From an uncultured Actinomycetes bacterium (GTDB taxonomy: Bacteria > Actinomycetota > Thermoleophilia > UBA2241): a stretch of DNA of 64,000 nucleotides. The stretch lies in NCBI GenBank assembly GCA_963709345.1, contig CAVPVX010000011.1, positions 224,001 through 288,000 on the forward strand, given 5' to 3'. The position numbers and the translations under genes are program-made. The notes under the pieces are model-generated. The model made no database searches. It was not told where the DNA came from and saw only the letters and a list, made by a program, of their open reading frames with translations. The stretch's first letter is position 1, and the number at the start of each line of letters is the position of its first letter. Positions 54,864 to 64,000 of this stretch are shown here, one piece after another.

Positions 54864-55088
54864 TCACGCATCGTCGGCGTCCGCAGACTTGTGGCGGTAG
54901 GCCTTCCACGCGATGTAGGCGAGGCTGCCGGCCATGAGGACGATGAACCACGGGCTGGTGATGATGGCGGCGAGAGGTTCGCCGAGCAGGACCAGCACCC
55001 AAAGGATCACCGCGGTGATCAGCGCATCGACCGCCAGCTCCTGCAGGACGAATCTGGCTCGCGAGGCAGTGCGCTTTGGGGACGCCAT
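54864..55088 (-). CDS. Small membrane protein (2 TM)
   Basis: Two hydrophobic segments; tightly spaced upstream of the acyltransferase gene. Confidence 0.6.
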   Translation of the reverse strand: MASPKRTASRARFVLQELAVDALITAVILWVLVLLGEPLAAIITSPWFIVLMAGSLAYIAWKAYRHKSADADDA

Positions 55089-55164
55089 CGGAAGTCGCTT
55101 TCGTCGTCTGACCAGGGAGGCCGGTCACGCAACGGCTACCTCAGGATAGTATCAGCAGAGGTCA

Positions 55165-55359
55165 GATTCGCTGGGCCGCGTCGTCGTCGATCTCATGGAG
55201 GCGCGCGGGTTCGACGGGGTGACCCTGCGGCACGTCGCGGGTGTCTCGCAGTCGACAGTCCGCCGGTGCTTCGACGCCGAGGGGCGTGTCACCCCATGGG
55301 ACGAGCATGACGTGCCCATCGGCGCTCCCGCACGGGTATTCGTGCAGAATCCCGGCTAG
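55165..55359 (+). pseudogene. TetR-family N-terminal HTH remnant
   Basis: Translates as DLMEARGFDGVTLRHVAGVSQSTVRRCF...WDEHD; not in the ORF track. Confidence 0.55.
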
Positions 55360-55438
55360 GATAGCGTCCCGCGCTGGTCGCCGATCCCGGCGCGGTGTGC
55401 ACGGCGACACCACCGGCCGACACGTCGGAAGGGCGTTC

Positions 55439-56644
55439 ATGAACGATGCGATCCCTTACTCCCCAGGCGCGCCGGCGGCGGACCGTGATGATCCGGCCAC
55501 GGACCTGCAACGCGCGATGGACCGCTGGTTCTTTCGTCGCGGGCTGCCGCAGTTCGCCCTCGACCACAGTTCCACCACGGCCATCTGGACGAGGGCGTCG
55601 CCGTTCCTCTTCGTCAGCTTCCTCTTCCTCGTCGTCACGAGCGCCGCCGATGTCCGCAGCGTCGCGGGCGGCGTGGCCGTCGCCGTCGCCGCCGGGCTGT
55701 TCCTGGTCGCCTTTGGAGTCGTCAATCTGCGCGGGGGGCGACCGTTCCATGCGCTGCCGCGGCGCGTCGGCTGGGGCGTGCTCGCTGCCTACGTCGTCGT
55801 GCCCACACTCCTCAGTGGCTTCGCCTCACTGCGGTGGCTCCCACCCCTGGTGACCGTGGGGGTGGCCGTCGGGTTCCTCGCGCTCGCCTGGGTCGTCACC
55901 TGGGCAGCGCTCATCCCGCTCGTTGGCTGGGCCGTCCGGTGGACCACGCGGCAATTCGGCAGCGTCGTGCCGCTCGTCACCCGTGCCCTGCCACTGCTTC
56001 TGCTCTTCGTCACCATCATCTACCTCACCACGGAGGTCTGGCAGGTCGCCGGCACGCTGCCCGCCCGGTGGCTGTGGCTCACCATCGGACTCTTCATCCT
56101 TCTCGGCCTCTGCGTCATCGCCACGCGCCTTCCGCAGGGGATCCACAGCCTGGAGGCCACTGGCGACAGAGCCTCCATCGAGAGCGCCTGTGCCGGCACG
56201 CCGCTGGCCCCCGTCGTCGCCGGCATCGCCGACCTCGGCGAGCCGCGGCCGCTGACCCGTCTGCAGCGTCTCAACATCGGCGTCGTCATGACGATGGCCC
56301 AGGTGGTGCAGGTGGCTCTGTTCGCCGTGGTCGTGTGGCTCTTCTTCCTGCTCTTCGGGACCATCGCCGTCTCCATCCCCGTCCAGATGGAGTGGCTGGG
56401 CGGCATCAACCCCGTGGACGTGCTGTGGCACCTGACGCCCGATCGCGGCCTCACCCGCGAGTCCGTGCGCGTGGCGACGTTCCTCGCCGGCTTCTCGGCG
56501 TTCTACGTCACTGTCTACAGCGCTTCGGACGCGACCTACCACGAGCACTTCTACGCGGACATCGGTCGCGAGCTGGAGCGTGCCATGGCGGTCCGCCAGG
56601 CCTACGTGGCCCACAGCGTCGAACGCGGTCCGCAGACGCGCTGA
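55439..56644 (+). CDS. Integral membrane protein of unknown function
   Basis: WFFRRGLP, RALPLLLLFVT..TTEVWQ motifs and multiple TM segments. Confidence 0.75.
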   Translation: MNDAIPYSPGAPAADRDDPATDLQRAMDRWFFRRGLPQFALDHSSTTAIWTRASPFLFVSFLFLVVTSAADVRSVAGGVAVAVAAGLFLVAFGVVNLRGGRPFHALPRRVGWGVLAAYVVVPTLLSGFASLRWLPPLVTVGVAVGFLALAWVVTWAALIPLVGWAVRWTTRQFGSVVPLVTRALPLLLLFVTIIYLTTEVWQVAGTLPARWLWLTIGLFILLGLCVIATRLPQGIHSLEATGDRASIESACAGTPLAPVVAGIADLGEPRPLTRLQRLNIGVVMTMAQVVQVALFAVVVWLFFLLFGTIAVSIPVQMEWLGGINPVDVLWHLTPDRGLTRESVRVATFLAGFSAFYVTVYSASDATYHEHFYADIGRELERAMAVRQAYVAHSVERGPQTR

Positions 56645-56727
56645 GCCGAGAGCCGGCGCGTGGATCCGGCGCAGGCGCGCCGTCGCCTTCGACCCTCCAA
56701 TCCGTCACACCGGAGAGAGTGCGCTGA

Positions 56728-57267
56728 TCAGTCGATCTGCGTCTCTGCGGCTGTGAGTCGCGCGATCCACGCCGACCCGTCGCACGTGAACAACGTGCCG
56801 ACTGTGCGGGATCCCACCCTCTCGAGAGTGACGGCGTACTCGCCCACTTGCACGCGGAGAGACGACCCAGATTCGGCCACCCTCCCTGGCTCGTCCCCGA
56901 CGTCCATGCGTCCCCAATACTCAGTGTACGCGTCACCATCCTCGCGCATCAGACGGGGATTTCCTTCGCAGGGATAGACATGAGCGCTCGAGCGCTCGGA
57001 GCGGTCTTCTGTGTCGAATCGACTCACCCACTCCATCGTGTGCGTTGCCGGATCATAGGATGCGTGCCCTGCGAATGCCTGCGTGGAGGAATAGGGAAGA
57101 CGCTCGGGGTCGGCGGAGCGGGAGACACGGATGTCGGCGAAGTGGCGATCGCACTGTAGCCACCAGACCTCGGAGACTTCGCTCGGGCCATGGCCGTCGG
57201 CCTCAATGGAAAGGCGGCGCCATGCACCGTTGGGCCAATCCACTATGCCGTTTCCCCCAGACCGCAT
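56728..57267 (-). CDS. Hypothetical protein
   Basis: GAWRRLSI...VWWLQ..FADIR...YTEYW; lower GC than flanks; start uncertain. Confidence 0.55.
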   Translation of the reverse strand: MRSGGNGIVDWPNGAWRRLSIEADGHGPSEVSEVWWLQCDRHFADIRVSRSADPERLPYSSTQAFAGHASYDPATHTMEWVSRFDTEDRSERSSAHVYPCEGNPRLMREDGDAYTEYWGRMDVGDEPGRVAESGSSLRVQVGEYAVTLERVGSRTVGTLFTCDGSAWIARLTAAETQID

Positions 57268-57734
57268 ACAGGACCGTTCGAGCCGAGCCGCCACTCTCGC
57301 CGAAAGAGCGGCTCGGGGAAGGGCAATCGACAAGTCCGCAGGAGATTCAGCCTGCCTCCGATGGCCTGTGGGTACTGTCTCATCGAGCCCCACCTCTCCG
57401 CTACGTCGATGGTCGGGGAGCGCCCCGACTGAGCGGCCCCGCGTTCTCTGCGATTGCGCCCAGAGCCACCTTCGGCGTGGCTCAGTGCTCCTCCTGTGCA
57501 TCGACGTATCGATTACGCTACTGGGAGCAGTCATCGGGCGCAAGGGTTCGCTGCTCTTCATCCATCCTCGTACGAGTGCGCGCGTCTCATGACCGGTTCG
57601 CAGTTCTGGCTGTTGCCATCGACCCGTACCCTGCCCGGAATCCCGGCATCTCTCGAGGAATCGGGCCCGCCATGGACGCCTCCCAGTACCCCGACGTCGC
57701 CGCAGCGTCCTGGTGACACGCCCGACCTCGGTTG

Positions 57735-58526
57735 ACGATCCTCACGACAGCGATCATGCGCAGTGCCCGATTCGCCGAACGATCGTCGCCGCGATTGAGC
57801 CGGGGACGTCTCGTTGGCCCCGAGGAAGCGGGGAGGGGCGCGGCTCGGCGGACGAGCTCCGCGAGGGCCCGGTCGAGTCGGCCGATCTCCCTCTCGAGGG
57901 CGGCGATGCGCAGGGCGAGGCTTCGCAGGGCGAACTTGGCCGCCTGCAGGGGCTCGGCAAGCCGCCGTGGATCCGGCCGCATTCGTGCGCACAGACGTGC
58001 CTGCCTGCCCGAGGAGAGTCTTGCCGAGCAGCGACTCGCGCAGCTCGGCAGGAGCGGTCGCGATCAGGTCTCCCGGCTGGCACATTGCAGCGGCAAGCGC
58101 CTTCACGGCCCCCTCTCGAGAGACGCGAATCTGGCGGATCGACTCGATCACCCCGGTTGTGTCTTTCGGCACGACGACGATCTCGCCGGCCAGGACATTC
58201 CGCGCCGCGGCCAGGGCGTCGACGGGGTCGGGATTTCCCCTTGCGGCTGCGCGCGTGCTTGTGCGGCTGATTCACCTCCAGCAGGCAGACCTGTCGGCCT
58301 GTGAGCCAGCGCGTGAGACCAGCGCCGTAGGATGAGGTCGATTCGATCCCCAGAGCCGCGATCGGGCCGAACCCCTCCAGCCACGAGTGAAGCGCACGAT
58401 AACCCGCGAGCGTCGCGGGAAGTCCGCGTCCCCGAGTCGCTGCCCGCGCTCGTCCAAAGCCACGGCGTGATGCGTCCGAGAGTGACAGTCCACGCCGCCG
58501 ATGACACCAAGCCACTGTTCCGGCAT
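57735..58526 (-). mobile_element. IS110-family transposase pseudogene
   Basis: GGVDCH, GIESTSSYGAGL, EVNQP and GKSD/PVDA (DEDD) motifs, C-terminal RLNRGDDRSANRAL; frameshifts and deletions. Confidence 0.85.
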
Positions 58527-58832
58527 GCTCGCTCGCCCTCCTCATGGCGGTGACCGTGGGGCCGCGGCGGCCGCACAAGACAGCGAAGGGACTCACTTCG
58601 TGCGGGTTCCTGACTTGGCTACAACGAGGAGAGCTCCGTCGCGCACGACACCTCGTTCACTGCGATGTGCCGACGCATCGTCGTGGACGGCAGCGACCGT
58701 GTGCTCTGGGTGGCCGTCACGGGCGAGCAGCGTCCCGGGGGGCCCGGACGACCTCCCACCAGAGTGACGCGGCCCGCGAGTCCGCAGGTCACGTCCGCGG
58801 GCCCGGCGCCAGGTGCTAGAATCCGGGCATCC

Positions 58833-61800
58833 ATGGCCGCCGACTTCGTCCATCTCCACGTGCACAGCGAGTACTCGCTGCTCGACGGCGCCTGCCGTGT
58901 GAAGAGCCTCGTCCACAGGGCCAAGGAGCTGGGGATGCCGGCCGTCGCGCTCACCGACCACGGCACGCTGGGCGGCGTCGTCAAGTTCTACAACGCCGCC
59001 CGGGAAGAAGGCATCAAGCCGATCATCGGCCTCGAGCTCTACGTCGCGACCGACCGGCGCTCCCGCGCCGGCGTCAAGGAGAAGAACGCCCACCTCACGC
59101 TGCTCGCCCGTGACGAGACCGGGTACCGCAACCTCGTCAAGCTCTCCACTCACGCGTACCTCGAGGGCTACTACTACAAGCCGCGCGCCGACTGGGAGTT
59201 GCTCGAGCAGTACCACGACGGTCTGATCGCGCTCACCGGTTGTATGAGCGGCAAGGCGTCGCAGTTGCTCCGCGACGGCAACGACGAGGCCGCGCTGGCC
59301 GAGGTGCGGCGACTGGCCGACCTCCTCGGCCCTGAGAACGTTTACGTCGAGCTGCAGGACGCCGGCCTGCCCGAGCAGCGCGAACTGCTGCCCAAGCTGG
59401 CGCAGCTCGCCGAGCAGGCCGGTCTGCGCACGGTCGCGACCAACGACGTGCACTACCTCCGTCACGAGGACGCTCACGCGCACGACGCCCTGCTCTGCAT
59501 CCAGACGCAGAGCAACCTCTCCGATGAGGTGCGCATGCGCTACGGCAGCGACGAGTTCTACCTCAAGTCGCCGGAGGAGATGGAAGAGCGTTTCAAGGAC
59601 TACCCGGGCGCGTGCTCCGCGACGGTGGAGATCGCCGAGCGCTGTGACTTGAGCCTCGACTTCGGCGACTACAAGCTGCCGACGTACCCGGTGCCCGAGG
59701 GCACTACCGAGGCGGCGCACCTGCACGCGCTGTGCGAGCACGGGCTCGTGAAGCGCTACGGCGCCGAGCCCTCGGCCGAGGCGCGCGAGCGCCTCGACTT
59801 CGAGCTCGGCGTCATCGGCGAGATGGGCTTCGACGCGTACTTCCTCATCGTCTGGGACTACGTCAAGTACGCCAAGGACAACGGCATCGCCGTCGGACCC
59901 GGCCGTGGGTCGGCCGCCGGGTCCATCGTCAGCTATGCGCTCGGCATCACCGACATCGACCCCCTGAAGTACGACCTGCTCTTCGAGCGCTTTCTCAACC
60001 CGGGGCGCAAGAGCATGCCCGACATCGACATGGACTTCAGCGTGGAGCGTCGCGAGGAAGTGATCGCGTACGTGGCCGAGAAGTACGGTCGCGACCGGGT
60101 CGCCCAGATCATCACGTTCGGCACCATGGCGGCGCGCGCGGCCGTTCGCGACGCCGCCCGGGTCATGGGTCTGCCGTACGCCGTCGGCGACAAGATCGCC
60201 AAGATGATCCCCGAGCAGGCGCCGCCGGCGACCTTCGCGCAAGCGATGCATTCCGGCAGCGAGCTCAAGCAGGCCTGCGACGCCGACGAGCAGGTCAGGG
60301 AGGTCGTCGACCTCGCGATGAGCCTCGAGGGCCTCATCCGCAACGAATCAATCCACGCCGCCGCGGTGGTGATCAGCGACAAGCCGCTCACCGAGTATCT
60401 GCCGCTGCAGCAGAAGGGCGAGGCCGAGCTCGTCACGCAGTTCGACATGAACGACGTCTCCAGGCTCGGCCTGCTCAAGATGGACTTCCTCGGGCTGCGA
60501 AACCTCGACGTCATCGAGGCTGCGCTCGCGATCATCGAGAAGACACGCGGCGTCTGCATCGAGATAGACCAACTGCCGCTGGACGACGCGAAGACGTACA
60601 CGATGCTGCAGCGCGGCGACTCCATCGGCGTGTTCCAGTTCGAGAGCCCCGGCATGAAGGAGGCGCTCCGCGACGTGGGCCCCACGCAGTTCGAGGACCT
60701 CATCGCCATCGTCGCCCTCTACCGGCCGGGGCCGATGCAGTACATCCCGACGTATGCGCGCAACAAGAAGAACCCGGCCTCGGTCGTCTACGACCACGAG
60801 GCTCTGCGCCCCATCCTGGAGCCGACCCACGGCGTGACCATCTACCAGGAGCAGTACATGGCCATCGCCCGGCGCGTCGGCGGCTTCACGCCGGCTCAGG
60901 CCGACGACCTGCGCAAGGCCATCAGCAAGAAGAACCACCAGCTGATGGCCACCCTCAAGGAGCCGCTGCTGGAAGGGCTGGAGAGGAGCGGCGTGCCGCC
61001 GGCCGTCGCCACCAGGCTCTGGTCGAGCTTCGAGGCCACCGGCGACTACTCGTTCAACAAGAGCCACGCCGCCTGCTACGCGATGATCAGCTACCGCACC
61101 GCCTGGCTGAAGGCGAACTATCCGGTCGAGTACATGGCCGCGCTCATCAGCAGCGTCATGAACACCAAGGACAAGGTGCCGTTCTACGTCAACCAGTGCC
61201 ACGAGATGGGCCTCGATGTCCTGCCGCCGGACGTCAACGAGAGCGATGTCGGCTTCACGGTCGTCGAGGACAAGATCCGCTTCGGCCTCAACGCCGTCAA
61301 GGGCGTCGGTGTGGGAGCGATCGAGGCGATCATCTCCGCCCGCGCCGGCGGGCCGTTCACATCCGTCTTCGACTTCTGCGGCCGCGTCGACTCGCAGCTC
61401 GCCAACAAGCGCACGCTGGAGGCGCTGATCAAGAGCGGCGCCTTCGACAGCACCGGCGATCCGCGCCGGGGCATGCTCGAGGCGCTGCCGCTGGCGATGT
61501 CGGACGGCGAGCGCCGCCGCAAGGACGCAGCGCGCGGGCAGGGTGGGCTCTTCGATCTCGTGCCGCCCGACGACGGCGGCCACCCCGCGCCGACGGTGCC
61601 GCGGGGCGAGTGGAATCAGGCGACGCTGCTCAAGGCCGAGAAGGAGGCCCTCGGCCTGTACGTCTCGGCCCACCCGCTGCAGGGTCTGCGCGATCAGTTG
61701 CGCGACGAGATCGAAGTCCCCGTCGGCGCTCTCGACGACAGCGGCGACGGCGCCGTCCTCTGGACCGGCGGCATCGTCGCGAGCGCCCAGAAGCGCGTCA

Positions 61801-62243
61801 GCAAGAACGGCGGCGTGTGGCTCTCGTTCCGTCTTGAAGACGTTGACGGCGGCATCGAGTGCCGTGCCTGGCCCAAAGTGTACGAGCAGTACCGCGACGA
61901 ACTGGTCGAAGACGGGATCATCAAGGTCAAGGGCAGGATCGAGCGCCGCAACGAGGGTGAAAGCATGCTCGCCGTGATCGAGGTCGTGCCCTTCAACGGC
62001 GTCAGCGAATACCATCCTCTCACGGTGGTCATCGACGCCGGCTGCGTGCCGGCGGACGTGATCGACGATCTCCACCGCGTACTCTCGGACTTTCCCGGCC
62101 AGGTGCCGGTGGTGCTGCAGATGGTCCGTGGCGACGAGCGCGCCAGGCTGCGGGTCGGCGATGGTCTGCGCGTGGACCCGGTCGCCGGTCTGTACGCCGA
62201 GCTCAAGGCGCTGCTCGGCGAGAGCTGTATCGGGGTCGGCTGA
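58833..62243 (+). CDS. dnaE: DNA polymerase III alpha subunit
   Basis: HLHVHSEYSLLDG, GRGSAAGS, SMPDIDMDF and YSFNKSH motifs; extended -10 TGCTAGAAT upstream. Confidence 0.97.
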   Translation: MAADFVHLHVHSEYSLLDGACRVKSLVHRAKELGMPAVALTDHGTLGGVVKFYNAAREEGIKPIIGLELYVATDRRSRAGVKEKNAHLTLLARDETGYRNLVKLSTHAYLEGYYYKPRADWELLEQYHDGLIALTGCMSGKASQLLRDGNDEAALAEVRRLADLLGPENVYVELQDAGLPEQRELLPKLAQLAEQAGLRTVATNDVHYLRHEDAHAHDALLCIQTQSNLSDEVRMRYGSDEFYLKSPEEMEERFKDYPGACSATVEIAERCDLSLDFGDYKLPTYPVPEGTTEAAHLHALCEHGLVKRYGAEPSAEARERLDFELGVIGEMGFDAYFLIVWDYVKYAKDNGIAVGPGRGSAAGSIVSYALGITDIDPLKYDLLFERFLNPGRKSMPDIDMDFSVERREEVIAYVAEKYGRDRVAQIITFGTMAARAAVRDAARVMGLPYAVGDKIAKMIPEQAPPATFAQAMHSGSELKQACDADEQVREVVDLAMSLEGLIRNESIHAAAVVISDKPLTEYLPLQQKGEAELVTQFDMNDVSRLGLLKMDFLGLRNLDVIEAALAIIEKTRGVCIEIDQLPLDDAKTYTMLQRGDSIGVFQFESPGMKEALRDVGPTQFEDLIAIVALYRPGPMQYIPTYARNKKNPASVVYDHEALRPILEPTHGVTIYQEQYMAIARRVGGFTPAQADDLRKAISKKNHQLMATLKEPLLEGLERSGVPPAVATRLWSSFEATGDYSFNKSHAACYAMISYRTAWLKANYPVEYMAALISSVMNTKDKVPFYVNQCHEMGLDVLPPDVNESDVGFTVVEDKIRFGLNAVKGVGVGAIEAIISARAGGPFTSVFDFCGRVDSQLANKRTLEALIKSGAFDSTGDPRRGMLEALPLAMSDGERRRKDAARGQGGLFDLVPPDDGGHPAPTVPRGEWNQATLLKAEKEALGLYVSAHPLQGLRDQLRDEIEVPVGALDDSGDGAVLWTGGIVASAQKRVSKNGGVWLSFRLEDVDGGIECRAWPKVYEQYRDELVEDGIIKVKGRIERRNEGESMLAVIEVVPFNGVSEYHPLTVVIDAGCVPADVIDDLHRVLSDFPGQVPVVLQMVRGDERARLRVGDGLRVDPVAGLYAELKALLGESCIGVG

Positions 62244-62273
62244 GGCCGACCGTCACGACGGGGGAGAGGGCCC

Positions 62274-63473
62274 ATGATCCCTGAAGGCATGCGCGACGTG
62301 CTGCCGCCCGAGATGGGTCGCCTGCGCGCCGTCGAGACGGCGCTGTGCGGCCGCTTCGAGGCGTACGGGTACGGTGAGGTTCGCACGCCCTGGCTCGAGT
62401 TCGCGAAGTCCTTCGCCGTCGTGGACGACGACACGCTGGCGGCGGGGTACCGGCTGCACGGCGAGCAGGGGCACGAGCTCATGGTGCGCACCGACATGAC
62501 GGCGCCGGTCGCGCGTCTTGCGGCGGAGCGCTGTGACGACGAGCCGCTGCCGCTGCGCTTCTTCTACGTCGCGCCCTGCATCCGCCCTTGGGCGCCGCAG
62601 CGCGGGCAGGACGGCGAGTTCATGCAGGCGGGCGCCGAGCTCCTCGGTCTCGACTCGGCGGCCGCCGACGCCGAGTGCGTGACGCTGCTCTGCGACGCGC
62701 TCTCGTCGTTGGGTCTGCGCGAGTTCAAGATCACCCTCGGCAGCGTCGCCTTCCAGCGAGCGCTCATCGAGTCTCTCGGCCTCGACCCGGCCGACCGCGA
62801 GGATCTCATCGAGGCGCTCGCCGACCGCGACTATCCGCTGGTCGAGAGCATCGCCGCCAACGCCGGGCTCGGGCACGACGCGCTCGGAGCCTTGTGGCGG
62901 ACGCTCGAGCTCAGCGGCGTCGACGACAGCCTGGCGCAGGCGCGCAAGCTGGCGCGGAGCGACACGGCCGACGCGGCCATCGCGCGGCTCGTCGCGGTGC
63001 GCGACCTCGTCGGCGAGGCGGGGTTCGGCGCCGAGCTGGCCTTCGACTTCGGGCTCATGCACGACCTCACGTACTACTCCGGCCTCATCTTCGAGGCGTA
63101 CGCTCCTCGTGTGGGGCTGCCGGTCGCGACCGGTGGCCGCTACGACCATCTCGTCCAGCGCTTCGGCTGGGACGTCCCCGGCGTGGGCTTCGCGATCGCC
63201 GTGGACCGGCTCGTCGACGCGCTGGACGAAGCCGGGCTGGCGCCGGTGGCGCCGCCGCCGGCGCTCGCCTTCGTCGGGGGTCTCGAGGAGCCGGCGCGGG
63301 CCGCCGAGCTTCGTCGCGCCGGTGTCGGTGTCCGCGCCCTGCCGGAGGGCGCGGCCGATCCGGCGCCGCCGCGGCTACGGCGGCGCGGCGGCAGCTACGA
63401 GCTCGAGCTGGCCGACGGGCGGACCGTCGGCGGGAGCTGGCGCGACGTTCGGCGCGCCTTGGGGTCGCAGTGA
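62274..63473 (+). CDS. hisZ: ATP phosphoribosyltransferase regulatory subunit
   Basis: PEGMRD, VRTDMT, EFMQAGAE, YYSG and GGRYD motifs; upstream of a hisG-like gene. Confidence 0.9.
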   Translation: MIPEGMRDVLPPEMGRLRAVETALCGRFEAYGYGEVRTPWLEFAKSFAVVDDDTLAAGYRLHGEQGHELMVRTDMTAPVARLAAERCDDEPLPLRFFYVAPCIRPWAPQRGQDGEFMQAGAELLGLDSAAADAECVTLLCDALSSLGLREFKITLGSVAFQRALIESLGLDPADREDLIEALADRDYPLVESIAANAGLGHDALGALWRTLELSGVDDSLAQARKLARSDTADAAIARLVAVRDLVGEAGFGAELAFDFGLMHDLTYYSGLIFEAYAPRVGLPVATGGRYDHLVQRFGWDVPGVGFAIAVDRLVDALDEAGLAPVAPPPALAFVGGLEEPARAAELRRAGVGVRALPEGAADPAPPRLRRRGGSYELELADGRTVGGSWRDVRRALGSQ

Positions 63474-64000
63474 GGATCGGCGTCGCCTGTGGCCCGGCGC
63501 CCCTGCCGGCCGAGCTTCTCGATCTGCTCGGGGCCGCCGGGCTGCCTGTAGCCCCACTGCGTGGCACGTTGCCGCCCGCGTTGCTCACGGCGGTCGACAC
63601 GACGTGGCTCCTCGCGTCCGGCGCCGACGTGCTGCGCGCTTGCGACCGGGCGGCCGTCGACCTCGGCGTCGTGGGCAAGCTCGAACTGCTCGAGTCGCGG
63701 CACGAGGTCAGCGAGCTTCTCGACCTCGGGTGCTGCCGCGACGCCTTGGTGTACGCGGCCCTCTTCGGCGCTGAGCCGGGCCGCGCGCTCCGCATCGCCA
63801 CGAGTCACCCGGTAAGCGCACGCGGGTACTTCGCCGCAGCCGGCCGCCAGGTGGCGATAGTCGTGATGGACGAACCGGCGCTCGCGCTGGGGCTGGGTCT
63901 GGCCGACGGGGTCGTCGCGCTGCAGAGCCATCTCGCCGCTCCCGTGCCCGGGGCAGACGGCGCGCTCGAGATCCGCGACCAGGTCGCGGCATGCAGCGCG
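63470..64000 (+). CDS. HisG(short)-like protein with degenerate active site (3'-truncated by the window edge)
   Basis: GTG overlaps the hisZ stop; DLGVVGK.ELLE, ELLDLG, RIATSHP, YF and GLADGVV motifs; open to the window end. Confidence 0.75.
   Translation, partial: MRIGVACGPAPLPAELLDLLGAAGLPVAPLRGTLPPALLTAVDTTWLLASGADVLRACDRAAVDLGVVGKLELLESRHEVSELLDLGCCRDALVYAALFGAEPGRALRIATSHPVSARGYFAAAGRQVAIVVMDEPALALGLGLADGVVALQSHLAAPVPGADGALEIRDQVAACSA

Noticed and set aside
57500-57565. SAM-I-like words (AAGAG...GCCCGATGA) on the minus strand
   Set aside because: The AGGGA pairing partner and the GCAACC core are missing.

Overview
High-GC bacterial DNA, most likely Actinomycetota (Thermoleophilia/Coriobacteriia-like, inferred from gene content and style). 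The window holds, in order: (1) the end of a surface-polysaccharide cluster (1-12.2 kb) with many apparent frameshifts; (2) trxA/DUF302, then ilvD-ilvB-ilvN; (3) a ~14 kb accessory stretch separating ilvN from ilvC; (4) a serA-like gene, a class V aminotransferase and serA; (5) decayed sucCD and PAS-LuxR remnants, a long putA and a secreted protein gene; (6) leuA-leuC-leuD-leuB-ilvE-cimA with a Leu-rich leader peptide; (7) a toxin-antitoxin pair, membrane proteins and a decayed IS110; (8) dnaE-hisZ-hisG-like. The most notable observations are two degenerate integron attC-like sites behind consecutive GNAT genes, a full-length SerA paralogue and an open HisG-like frame that have both lost their catalytic motifs (candidate pseudoenzymes), a candidate leaderless uORF plus 22-bp hairpin upstream of the serine genes, and a PutA with a second degenerate ALDH-like domain. 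All calls come from reading motifs by eye; no searches were run.
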